DNA of 64,000 bases, from contig JBBKWO010000057.1 of assembly GCA_037969015.1 (NCBI GenBank), positions 17,837-81,836 of the forward strand, read 5' to 3'. Shown in pieces: positions 32,955-41,502 of this stretch. This DNA comes from Opitutaceae bacterium (GTDB taxonomy: Bacteria; Verrucomicrobiota; Verrucomicrobiia; Opitutales; Opitutaceae). Position 1 is the first letter of the stretch; each line of letters opens with the position of its first letter. The notes under the pieces are model-generated. The model searched no databases. It saw only the letters and a program-made list of their open reading frames with translations, and was not told the DNA's origin. The translations under genes and the position numbers were made by a program.

Positions 32955-33369
32955 ACTGTTTCTAGACACCAACATCCTAGTTTACGCCTTCGACCAAACC
33001 GCGCCGGCCAAGCGTAACCGAGCCCGGGAAATCATTCGCGGAGACGACGACTGGTCGGTCAGTTGGCAAGTGGTTCAGGAGTTTTGCTCGGTCGCGCTGC
33101 ATCGCTTCGCCGCACCGATCAGCGCGACCGATCTGCGCGACTATCTGGATGTGGTGCTATTGCCACGCTGTCGGATCATGCCCTCCGCTGATCTCTATCG
33201 GCATGCCTTGGACGTGCAGGCCCAAACCGGCTACCGCTACTACGATAGCCTAGTCGTCACCGCGGCACTGGCGTCAGGCGCGCACCGACTCCTCTCCGAA
33301 GACCTCCAACATGGCCGCCAAATCGGCAACTTGCGGATCGAGAATCCGTTTTTAGCGAAAACCAGTTGA
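32944..33369 (+). CDS. vapC: PIN-domain toxin (VapC)
   Basis: FLDTNILVYAFD carries the first acidic residue, later acidic positions include YYDSLVV, and the length is 141 aa. Confidence 0.85.
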   Translation: MPAELFLDTNILVYAFDQTAPAKRNRAREIIRGDDDWSVSWQVVQEFCSVALHRFAAPISATDLRDYLDVVLLPRCRIMPSADLYRHALDVQAQTGYRYYDSLVVTAALASGAHRLLSEDLQHGRQIGNLRIENPFLAKTS

Positions 33370-33381
33370 TCGACGCTCCCC

Positions 33382-36300
33382 TCAGCCCTCGATCACCACG
33401 AGCGTTTCGCCGGCGTTGACCGGACGGCCCTCGGCGCAGCGCACTTCACGGACCTTACCGGGACGACTAGCGACCACGGAGACTTCCATCTTCATGGACT
33501 CGAGGATCACCAACACGTCGCCTTCAGCCACGGTCGCACCAGGCGTAACCAAGACCTTCCAGACGTTGCCGGGGATGTGCGCCGGCACCGCCAGGCAACC
33601 TTCGGGCAATGCGCCTTCATCGACCAATGCCGCCGACTCTTCGTTGGCCGAGAAGTTGAGCTGACCACTTTCCACCCAGCGCTGACGCTCGGCCTCAAAC
33701 GCGGCCTGTTGGTGCGTCTTGAATGCGGTAATCGTATCGGCGTTGTCGGTGAGGAATTTCTGGTAGTCCCGTAGCTTGAAGGTCGTCTGCTCGATCTTGA
33801 GCTTCACCTTACCCTGCGGGAAATCCTCGCGGAACTTGGTGAGCTCTGCGTTCGACACCGGATAAAATCGGATCTGGTCAAAGAAGCGCAGCAGCCACGG
33901 TTTGCCGTCCACGAAATCGGCCGTTTGTTTATGGCGGTTCCACATCTGACAGGTGCGTCCGATAAACTGATATCCGCCCGGACCCTCCATGCCATAGACG
34001 CACAGATATGCACCGCCGATGCCGACGGCGTTCTCGGGAGTCCAGGTGCGGGCCGGATTATATTTTGTAGTGACCAACCGGTGACGTGGATCAACCGGAG
34101 TCGCCACCGGCGCCCCGAGATAAACATCACCCAGCGCGAGCACCAGGTAGCTCGCGTCGAAACAAATACGGTAAACCTCTTCGAGGTTCGGCAGGTCGTT
34201 GATGCGGCGGATGAACTCCAAATTGCTCGGGCACCAAGGCGCGTCCTTGCGCACGATCTGCATGTATTTGCGAATCGCCAGCAACGTGGACTCGTCTTCC
34301 CACGACAGCGGTAGGTGCACGATGCGCGACGGCACTTCAATGTCGTCGATCGCCGGCAGCTCAGATTCGGCTCGCAGCAAAATCTCCAGCAGTCGCTCCA
34401 TCGGGAGCAGACGGTAATCGAAATGCACCTGCAACGAACGAATGCCCGGCGTCAGGTCAATGAGGCCCGGCACCTTGTGACGTTCCAGCCAAGTTTTAAG
34501 CGCGTGCACCCGCATACGCATGACGATGTCGAGTTGCAGTGGGCCGTATTCGACCAGCAGGTTGGCGTCGCCCTGACGGCGATACACCACTTTCGGCGCC
34601 ATCGGTCGCTCCGCAAGTTCATGCAGCACAGCAGGCTCAGATAAAGTATAACCCATTGGGTTAAACTTTATCAGGGAAGGTTTGGGCACGCGCTTTAGGT
34701 TTTCGATCTCGGACTCTTGGGCGAAAGCGAGTTCGCGGGCCACCTGTGCAGTGAGCGGCAGAAAGCGGACTTTGTCGCCGGGCTTGAGCTGACCCATCTT
34801 CCAGAGCTCGGACTGCACTATCGTGAACGGGCAGACGAAGCCACCGCAGCTGGGGCCGTCGGGGCCGAGGATGATCGGCATGTCGCCGGTGAAATCGACG
34901 GCGCCGATGGCGTAGGCGTTGTCGTGGATATTACTCGGATGCAGGCCAGCCTCGCCACCATCGCGGCGGGCCCACTCGGGCTTAGGACCAATCAGGCGCA
35001 CACCAGTGCGGGCCGAGTTGTAGTGAACCTCGTAAGCCGTGCTAAGTAGCGTGCCGATGTCCGCCTCGGTGAAGAAGTCGGGCGCACCGTGCGGTCCGTA
35101 GAGCACACCGATGGTCCACTCGCGGGTGAGTGGTGGCTGGATGCTAGCGGGAGCTCGCAGCAAGGGAGCATCATCGGTGACACCAGCCGGCGTGGAAGTA
35201 TTGACGCGTAACACGTCGCCGACGCGCAGCGCTCGGCCAGCGTGGCCGCCAAAGAGGCCGAGGGTGAAAGTGGACTTGCTGCCGAGGTAGTCCGGCACGT
35301 CGAGTCCATGCCGAATGGCGAGGTAACCACGCAGACCGGGGCCGTCGACCGCGCCGAGGCGAAGCGTCTGACCGGCCTTCACGCGAAAGGCGCGGAAGCC
35401 GGCAACGGGTTTGCCGTTGAGCGTGGCACCGAGGTGCGCGCCGGTCAGCGCGACGACCGCCGGCGTGTTAAAGCGCAGGGTCGGACCGTTGACGGTGATC
35501 TCCAAGCCGGCCGCCGTGTCGGGATTGCCGACGAGGCGGTTGGCGAGGCGGAAGGACAGGTTATCCATCGGGCCGGAAGGCGGCACGCCGACATCCCAGT
35601 AACCAATACGCGCGGGATAGTCCTGCACGGTGGTCTGGGTGCCGCCCTCAAGGACTTCGATGGTGGCAGGCACGTAGGGCAGACTGGCGAGATATTTTGT
35701 CGTGACCGGACCACTACGGAACCCCTCGCTGGCGATAATTTGCCGCAGATAACCGAGGTTATTCTCGATGCCGTAAACGCGGGTGTCGGCCAACGCGGCG
35801 TCCATACGCGCGAGGGCATCGGCGCGGTCGCTACCTTTGACAATGATCTTGGCGATCATCGGATCGTAGAACGCGGAGACTTCGCTGCCGGTCTCGACCC
35901 AGGTCTCGACGCGCGCGGTCTTGGCGAAGTGAACATTGGTCAGCAAGCCAGCGGCGGGCTGGAAGTTTTTGCCCGGGTCCTCGGCATAGAGCCGCACCTG
36001 GATGGAATGCCCCGTCGGGACGGGCTGTAACCCAATGTTCGTATTACGAACATTGGGATCAGCCTGTATGCCGATGGGGGCGTCTAGAATGTTCGTATTA
36101 CGAACAAAGTCACAGAGGTTGAGTTCGCCGGCGGCGGCGCGGATCATCCATTCGACGAGGTCCACGCCGGTGACTTCCTCGGTGACACCGTGTTCAACTT
36201 GGAGGCGAGTGTTGACCTCAAGGAAATAGTAATGGCCCGCGGCACTGTCGTAGACGAACTCGACGGTGCCGGCATTGGTGTAGCCAGCCGCAGTGCCGAG

Positions 36301-37080
36301 ACGGGCGGCACAGGCGAGGAGCTCGGTGCGCTGTTCGGCGGTCAGACCTGGCGCGGGGGTTTCTTCAACGACCTTTTGATTACGGCGTTGCACCGAGCAG
36401 TCGCGTTCGCCGAGTGCGACGACATGGCCGTGGGAGTCGCCGAAGATCTGGACTTCGATGTGGCGGGCGTGTTCGACGAATTTTTCGAGGAAGACGCCTC
36501 CGTCCTTAAAATTGTTTTGCGCGAGGCGGACGACCGAGGTGAAGGCGTTGGCGAGCTCGGCCGGTTTGCGAATGAGCTGCATGCCGATACCGCCGCCGCC
36601 GCCGGTGCTTTTGAGCATGACGGGGTAGCCGATGCGGGCGGCCTCGGATCGCGCGGTGGCGAGGTCGGGCAGAAGTTCGGTGCCGGGCAGGAGCGGGACG
36701 CCGTTGGCCTTGGCGAGGGCGCGGGCGGAGTGCTTGGGACCGAGCAGGCGCATCTGTTCAGCGCGGGGACCAATGAAGGCAATGCCGGCTGCGGCGCAGG
36801 CTTCAACAAAGGCGGTGTTCTCCGAGAGGAATCCGTAACCGGGGTGGATGGCTTGGGCGCCGGTTTGTTGGGCGGCGGCGAGGATCTTGTCCGCATCAAG
36901 GTAGGATTGCGCGGCAGGCGACGGACCGATGTGGACGGCTTCGTCAGCGAGGGCAACGTGCAGGCTGTGACGGTCGGCGTCGGAGTAAACGGCGACACTA
37001 CCGATGCCCATGCGTTTCAGCGTGCGAATGATCCGGCAGGCAATGGCACCACGGTTGGCGATGAGGACTTTGCTGAACAC
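33382..37080 (-). CDS. Urea carboxylase family biotin enzyme (urea/guanidine carboxylase: BC, KipA/KipI-like carboxyltransferase and BCCP domains)
   Basis: With a GTG start at rc 37078-37080 the N-terminus reads (M)FSKVLIANRGAIACRIIRT, as in biotin carboxylases. The BCCP motif ESMKMEV is at the C-terminus. The ORF-track ATG at 37131 lies inside a hairpin repeat and adds a non-homologous MPFVTFVVKNNPTLPFP extension. Confidence 0.9.
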   Translation of the reverse strand: MFSKVLIANRGAIACRIIRTLKRMGIGSVAVYSDADRHSLHVALADEAVHIGPSPAAQSYLDADKILAAAQQTGAQAIHPGYGFLSENTAFVEACAAAGIAFIGPRAEQMRLLGPKHSARALAKANGVPLLPGTELLPDLATARSEAARIGYPVMLKSTGGGGGIGMQLIRKPAELANAFTSVVRLAQNNFKDGGVFLEKFVEHARHIEVQIFGDSHGHVVALGERDCSVQRRNQKVVEETPAPGLTAEQRTELLACAARLGTAAGYTNAGTVEFVYDSAAGHYYFLEVNTRLQVEHGVTEEVTGVDLVEWMIRAAAGELNLCDFVRNTNILDAPIGIQADPNVRNTNIGLQPVPTGHSIQVRLYAEDPGKNFQPAAGLLTNVHFAKTARVETWVETGSEVSAFYDPMIAKIIVKGSDRADALARMDAALADTRVYGIENNLGYLRQIIASEGFRSGPVTTKYLASLPYVPATIEVLEGGTQTTVQDYPARIGYWDVGVPPSGPMDNLSFRLANRLVGNPDTAAGLEITVNGPTLRFNTPAVVALTGAHLGATLNGKPVAGFRAFRVKAGQTLRLGAVDGPGLRGYLAIRHGLDVPDYLGSKSTFTLGLFGGHAGRALRVGDVLRVNTSTPAGVTDDAPLLRAPASIQPPLTREWTIGVLYGPHGAPDFFTEADIGTLLSTAYEVHYNSARTGVRLIGPKPEWARRDGGEAGLHPSNIHDNAYAIGAVDFTGDMPIILGPDGPSCGGFVCPFTIVQSELWKMGQLKPGDKVRFLPLTAQVARELAFAQESEIENLKRVPKPSLIKFNPMGYTLSEPAVLHELAERPMAPKVVYRRQGDANLLVEYGPLQLDIVMRMRVHALKTWLERHKVPGLIDLTPGIRSLQVHFDYRLLPMERLLEILLRAESELPAIDDIEVPSRIVHLPLSWEDESTLLAIRKYMQIVRKDAPWCPSNLEFIRRINDLPNLEEVYRICFDASYLVLALGDVYLGAPVATPVDPRHRLVTTKYNPARTWTPENAVGIGGAYLCVYGMEGPGGYQFIGRTCQMWNRHKQTADFVDGKPWLLRFFDQIRFYPVSNAELTKFREDFPQGKVKLKIEQTTFKLRDYQKFLTDNADTITAFKTHQQAAFEAERQRWVESGQLNFSANEESAALVDEGALPEGCLAVPAHIPGNVWKVLVTPGATVAEGDVLVILESMKMEVSVVASRPGKVREVRCAEGRPVNAGETLVVIEG
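36034..36105. repeat. In-frame 72-nt insertion-like segment inside the carboxylase ORF, bounded by two identical AT-rich palindromes
   Basis: AATGTTCGTATTACGAACA occurs at 36034-36052 and 36088-36106. The left copy extends to a perfect 13-1-13 palindrome, CCCAATGTTCGTA-T-TACGAACATTGGG (36031-36057). The segment encodes VRNTNI-LDAPIGIQADPN-VRNTNI. Confidence 0.9.
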
Positions 37081-37103
37081 GGGAAAAGGGAGAGTTGGAT
37101 TAT

Positions 37104-37192
37104 TTTTAACCACGAAGGTCACGAAGGGCACGAAGCCCGGACAGCAGAGCCGTTAATCTCTTCGTGAATCTTCGTGACCTTCGTGGTTAAAA
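37104..37192. repeat. Long hairpin element (family B, copy 1) between the DUF1989 gene stop and the carboxylase start
   Basis: A perfect 23-bp stem is formed by TTTTAACCACGAAGGTCACGAAG (37104-37126) and CTTCGTGACCTTCGTGGTTAAAA (37170-37192). The arms consist of a 9-nt periodic CACGAAG repeated three times. Confidence 0.85.
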
Positions 37193-37194
37193 TT

Positions 37195-37854
37195 TCAGGG
37201 ATTCCAGATAAGGACTTCGACGGGGGTGGGGTTCCAACCGTTGCAGGGGTTGTTGAGCTGGGGGCAATTGCTGATGAGGCAGACGACGTCGAGGTCGGCA
37301 CGCATTTCGACGTAACGGCCGGGGGCACTGACGCCGTCTTCGAATTGCAGGCCGCCTTCGGGCGTCACGGGGACGTTCATAAAGAAATTAATGTTGGCCG
37401 GGAGGTCGCGCTTGTTCAGGTCGAAGGAGGAGTCGGGCCAGTTGGCCAGGCCGAGCAAAAAACTCTGGCGACAGGAGTGCATGTGGCGCGTGCCATGGCC
37501 GTAGCGGACCGCGTTGCTCTCGCAGGAGCAGGCGCCGCCGAGGGTGTCGTGGCGACCGCAGGTGTCGGCGGTGATGGTAACCAGCGGCCGGCCGGCGTTG
37601 GACATGAGCTTGGTGCCGGTGGTCAGGTAGAGCGCGCCCTGTTCACGAATGGTGTCCTGCGCGCTGTAGCGTTCGGTGAAGTCGGCCGCGTAGTAGAAGA
37701 GCGTATCGGCGGCCTGGTTGCCCTCGAGATCGAGGATGCGCAGGGTTTGGCCGGCCTTGATCTCATGCATCCAGAAATCACCGGCGGGAATAACCCGGCG
37801 GTAGACGGCGGCCTCGGGAACGAGCGTGGATTCGGTGTAGTTTAAAGTGCTCAT
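37195..37854 (-). CDS. Urea-carboxylase-associated protein 2 (DUF1989 family; carboxyguanidine deiminase subunit-like)
   Basis: [24 protein letters not shown]...[14 protein letters not shown] is typical of DUF1989. It lies immediately upstream of the carboxylase on the same strand. Confidence 0.85.
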   Translation of the reverse strand: MSTLNYTESTLVPEAAVYRRVIPAGDFWMHEIKAGQTLRILDLEGNQAADTLFYYAADFTERYSAQDTIREQGALYLTTGTKLMSNAGRPLVTITADTCGRHDTLGGACSCESNAVRYGHGTRHMHSCRQSFLLGLANWPDSSFDLNKRDLPANINFFMNVPVTPEGGLQFEDGVSAPGRYVEMRADLDVVCLISNCPQLNNPCNGWNPTPVEVLIWNP

Positions 37855-37899
37855 GGCAGGTGGCGAAGCGCCCGTAAGCAGGCGGCCTACGGTGATGGT

Positions 37900-38703
37900 T
37901 TAGCTGTAGAGGATTTCGGTGTTGTAGAAGGCGCGCTCGTTTTCCGGGCGCATGATGCGGCAGTAATCATCGGCGGCGGGCGGGGCGGATTCCCAGAGCT
38001 GCATCCGCACGGGGCGAGGACCGTAGGTCTTGGCGGTATCCATCGGATGGTGACAGGTGGTAAAGACGACGAGCTGATCCATCTCGGCACGCAGATCGAT
38101 GAAGTCACCGGTGCGGGAATGCCCGGAAGCGAAGCCAAGGCGGCCTTCCGCATCGGACTGAAGCTTGCTGAAGAAATTGATGTTGGGCACGAGGTCGCGG
38201 CGGTTGAGGCCGTGTTTGGCGAGCTCGATCAGGAACAGGTCGTGACTGTTGCGATGGTGGGCGTTGCGCGCGGTCTGGTAGTTTTTCTCACTCCACTTTT
38301 GCGCGACGATGGCGGGGGTGTCGTGCCCGCCGATCGGGTCGTGCCAGCCGAGGGTGTCGCCGGTGATCGAAAACATCGCCCGGCCCATGTCGGAGACGAG
38401 GATGTGGCCGGTGGTCAGCTTGGCGGTGTGCTGGCCCTTGAGGGTGTCGGCCATGTTGTAACGATCAATCAGCTCATGGCGGTTGTAGCAGAGGAAGGAG
38501 ACGTTGGAGCCGGACTCGAGCGCGGTGAGCCGTAAGGTGGTGTGGCGGCGGACGTTGAACGACACGGCAACGCCGCCGGGGATGATTTCTTCACGCAGCA
38601 AACTACCCTCCGGGATGAGCGGCATGGGGACGGGTCGCGGGCCGGACGGTCGCTTGGTGGTGAAAGAGGTGCCACTGGGGGCGGGAGGTTTCAACAAAGG
38701 CAT
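37900..38703 (-). CDS. Urea-carboxylase-associated protein 1 (DUF1989 family)
   Basis: It is a paralogue of the downstream gene, with motifs LCYNRHELIDRYNMADT and GDTLGWHDPIGGH. The start is ATG at rc 38701-38703; the track start at 38715 is a TTG. Confidence 0.85.
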   Translation of the reverse strand: MPLLKPPAPSGTSFTTKRPSGPRPVPMPLIPEGSLLREEIIPGGVAVSFNVRRHTTLRLTALESGSNVSFLCYNRHELIDRYNMADTLKGQHTAKLTTGHILVSDMGRAMFSITGDTLGWHDPIGGHDTPAIVAQKWSEKNYQTARNAHHRNSHDLFLIELAKHGLNRRDLVPNINFFSKLQSDAEGRLGFASGHSRTGDFIDLRAEMDQLVVFTTCHHPMDTAKTYGPRPVRMQLWESAPPAADDYCRIMRPENERAFYNTEILYS

Positions 38704-38746
38704 GGCGTTAATCAAAAGTGTTACGAAGTGTCGTTTTTGTAATACC

Positions 38747-38762
38747 GCAAGATCGATGCCAA
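38747..38762 (-). promoter_or_regulatory. Sigma-54 (-24/-12) type promoter upstream of the DUF1989-DUF1989-carboxylase operon
   Basis: The minus strand reads TTGGCATCGATCTTGCG. This is TGGCAT-N5-TTGC with the canonical GG/GC spacing, about 45 nt upstream of the ATG at 38703. Confidence 0.45.
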
Positions 38763-38895
38763 GTCCTATCCATTGATAAAGATATCAACCGACCCAAGCA
38801 CCGGCCTCCCACCTGGGTGTAAAATAAATGCTATTTGCCAGCTGGCGGGGCTTCCGTGCTAAAATGTAGTGAGGCGGCCCTACCACCGTGAAGGC

Positions 38896-41502
38896 ATGAC
38901 AAACAATTACACCTCAAGGAATTCACCGGAACCGTCCGCATACAATTCCAGCGGTGACGGTTGTGTTCACACGCTGTTTTGGCGTCAGGCTTCACAAACC
39001 CCGGACCTGACGGCGGTCCGCTGTGGTGACGTCAGCCTGACCTATCGCGAACTGGCGGACCGAGCCGACCGGCTGGCCGCACGACTGGCTGGAGCAGGAG
39101 CTGGACCCAACCAAATCATCGGACTTTCGGTCAGCCACTCCGTCGACATGGTCGTCGGCGTGTTCGGCATTTTGAAAAGCGGGGCCGCTTATCTGCCGAT
39201 CAATACCGACCATCCGGCCGAGCAGACAATCTACATGCTCGAAAACGCTGGGGCGACCACGTTGGTCACGCAGAGTAAACTAGACGCCACTCCCGCCTTT
39301 GCCGGATTGCGCCGGGTGCTGATCGACCTAACTACCGCCGAAATGGCGACGACCGTAGTATCCGACCCTCAACCGACAGATCTGGCCTACGTCATCTACA
39401 CCTCCGGTTCGACCGGCCGCCCCAAGGCGGTGGCGATCGAACACGGCAGTCTCACCAACGTGGTGGCCTCGATGGCCAGCCTCATGGAAATCAGTGAACC
39501 CGAAGTCGTTGTGTCGATCGGCTCATTCACCTTCGACGTAACCCTGCCCGATTGGCTTTGGGCACTGATGACCGGCGGCACCGTCGTGCTCGCCCCACCG
39601 GAAACGATCCGCACGCCCAAGCTCCTGCAGGCGCTGATCAACGAGGTTAAGCCCACCCATTTCCAAGCCACCCCGGCCATGTGGGAAACCCTGCTCGGCG
39701 CCGGGCTGCAACTCTCGTCCGATGTCCGCGTCGTCACCACCGGCGAACACATCAGCACTCCACTGCGCGAACAACTTCGCGTCCGTTTTCGGCGGGTGTG
39801 GAATCTCTACGGCCCGACCGAGACCACCGTCTGGTCAACCGCCTGCGAGCTGCACGCCGACCGGCAGACCGACTCCATCGGGGTGGCCATTGACCAGACC
39901 ACACTCCACGTTCTCGCCGAAACCACCGCACAACCCATCGCCGACGGTGAACTGGGCGAACTATGGATCGGTGGCGTCGGACTTGCCCGAGAATACCTGA
40001 ACAATGCCAAGCTGACCGCAGAGCGTTTCGTGCTCCTCCCTCAGGCTGGTGGTGAACGGCTCTACCAGACGGGTGACCTCGTCCGCCGTTTGCCGGATGG
40101 CGCTTTGGCGTTTCACGGTCGGCGCGACAATCAGATCAAGTTGCGGGGGTTTCGCATCGAGCTGGGCGAGATCAACGCAGCACTGCTCACCAATCCGTCG
40201 GTGCAGGCCGGCGTCACGGTGCTGCGCGAGGACACCCCGGGGGAAAAGCAAATCGTGGCCTACGTGGTCCCGCGGACCGGCACACCCTGCTCCTCCGCGC
40301 AGTTACGACACGCGCTCCAACAAACCCTTCCCGAGCACATGGTGCCGACGACCGTGGTCCTCATCCCCGCCCTCCCCCTCAACACCAACGGCAAGATCGA
40401 CCGCCGCGCGCTGCCTCCTCCGCGGGAACTCACCGACACCCGGGCCCCCGTCGCTGCGGACGCGCCGGACGGCCCTGATGAAAAAAACGTGACCGCCATC
40501 TGGTGCGAAATGCTCAACGTAAAACATGTCGGCCGGCACGATAGCTTCCTGGATCTCGGCGGGCACTCGCTGCTCGTCATCAAAATGCTCGGCCGGCTCA
40601 AACGCACGCTTGGCTGGGATCTGTCCTACGAGGAATTTCTGCGCACGCCAACCGTGGCCTTGCTCTGCGCCAGCCGCGGCCAAAAACCGCATGTCGGACA
40701 TCTGTTGCCCCTGCGCGCCCAGCCGGACGGGGACGTGCTCGTTTGCCTGCACGGTCACGACTTCAGCAACAGCGCGACCGTCTGGAGCCAACTCATCGGC
40801 ACACTGCCCGCCAATCTGGCGGTCTGGGGTCTTCAAGGACAAGGCTGGGACGGCGGCCCCGTCCACCGTCTGTCACGCAAGGACATCGCCGCTGACTACG
40901 CGCGCCTGATCCGTGACAACTTCCCGGGCCGTCGCATCAATCTGACCGGCTATTGCCTGGGCGGCGTGCTGGCCGTTGATGTGGCCGCGCAGCTGCAGGC
41001 ACACGGAGCCGCCGTGCATCGCCTAGTGTTGATTGAATCGTTCTCAGCGGCAACCCGCCAGGGACAAGTGGCTGTTGAAAAAAAACTGCGCCGCCCCGCC
41101 CAAATCGCCCGCAAAATCCTGAACGCGGACGGCGGATTTTCGGCGGCGTTGGCCGCCCGGAAAATTCGCGGCCAATTGGAGATGATCAGCGCTCGCTCCG
41201 GCCGGCAAACCCGTGGCCTCCTCTCCGCCACGTTCGCCACCCTGGGCCTGCGCGTGCCCCGCGCCTGGCGTGCCGCCTACTACGCCGCGATTCAAGGCGA
41301 TATGCTGCGGGAATCCAGCCAGACCCGCCTCGCCGGACGCATCGACCTGATTCGCAGCTCCGATGGAGAATACAGCCACTCGCCTCACGGCTGGGAGGAA
41401 CATGCCGAACAGGTCACGGTGCATCCCGCCAAAGGGTCCCACCATGGCAAAATGCTCACGGCCGACAACGGCCGCATTCTCGCGGCGATTCTACAGGCAT
41501 GA
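38896..41502 (+). CDS. NRPS-like single-module enzyme with adenylation, PCP and thioesterase domains and no condensation domain
   Basis: A-domain core motifs are present: LTYRELADRA, YVIYTSGSTGRPKAV, NLYGPTETT, YQTGDLVR, GRRDNQIKLRGFRIELGEI and NGKIDR. The PCP motif is FLDLGGHSLLVIKM. The TE has LTGYCLGGVLAVDVA, with Cys in the GxSxG position, and a distal GSHHGKM motif. Confidence 0.88.
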   Translation: MTNNYTSRNSPEPSAYNSSGDGCVHTLFWRQASQTPDLTAVRCGDVSLTYRELADRADRLAARLAGAGAGPNQIIGLSVSHSVDMVVGVFGILKSGAAYLPINTDHPAEQTIYMLENAGATTLVTQSKLDATPAFAGLRRVLIDLTTAEMATTVVSDPQPTDLAYVIYTSGSTGRPKAVAIEHGSLTNVVASMASLMEISEPEVVVSIGSFTFDVTLPDWLWALMTGGTVVLAPPETIRTPKLLQALINEVKPTHFQATPAMWETLLGAGLQLSSDVRVVTTGEHISTPLREQLRVRFRRVWNLYGPTETTVWSTACELHADRQTDSIGVAIDQTTLHVLAETTAQPIADGELGELWIGGVGLAREYLNNAKLTAERFVLLPQAGGERLYQTGDLVRRLPDGALAFHGRRDNQIKLRGFRIELGEINAALLTNPSVQAGVTVLREDTPGEKQIVAYVVPRTGTPCSSAQLRHALQQTLPEHMVPTTVVLIPALPLNTNGKIDRRALPPPRELTDTRAPVAADAPDGPDEKNVTAIWCEMLNVKHVGRHDSFLDLGGHSLLVIKMLGRLKRTLGWDLSYEEFLRTPTVALLCASRGQKPHVGHLLPLRAQPDGDVLVCLHGHDFSNSATVWSQLIGTLPANLAVWGLQGQGWDGGPVHRLSRKDIAADYARLIRDNFPGRRINLTGYCLGGVLAVDVAAQLQAHGAAVHRLVLIESFSAATRQGQVAVEKKLRRPAQIARKILNADGGFSAALAARKIRGQLEMISARSGRQTRGLLSATFATLGLRVPRAWRAAYYAAIQGDMLRESSQTRLAGRIDLIRSSDGEYSHSPHGWEEHAEQVTVHPAKGSHHGKMLTADNGRILAAILQA

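Noticed and set aside
36036-36052. The palindrome as a Verrucomicrobia LexA (SOS) box.
   Set aside because: The half-sites TGTTC/GAACA match the published verrucomicrobial LexA motif TGTTC-N4-GAACA as I recall it. The spacer here is 7 nt rather than 4, the sites are intragenic, and the host genes are not DNA-repair genes.
37078-37131. The ATG at 37131 as the start of the urea-carboxylase gene.
   Set aside because: The extra 17 codons are the translation of the hairpin repeat arm. Homology to biotin carboxylases begins exactly at the GTG at 37080 ((M)FSKVLIANRG).
38704-38895. A guanidine-I (ykkC) riboswitch in the leader of the DUF1989/carboxylase operon.
   Set aside because: It was expected from known guanidine-carboxylase loci. 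The leader is short and AT-rich and lacks the conserved GGUCCGAGAG / ACACGG / CCGGGAG blocks. A sigma-54-type promoter is present instead. This needs a cmscan to be definitive.
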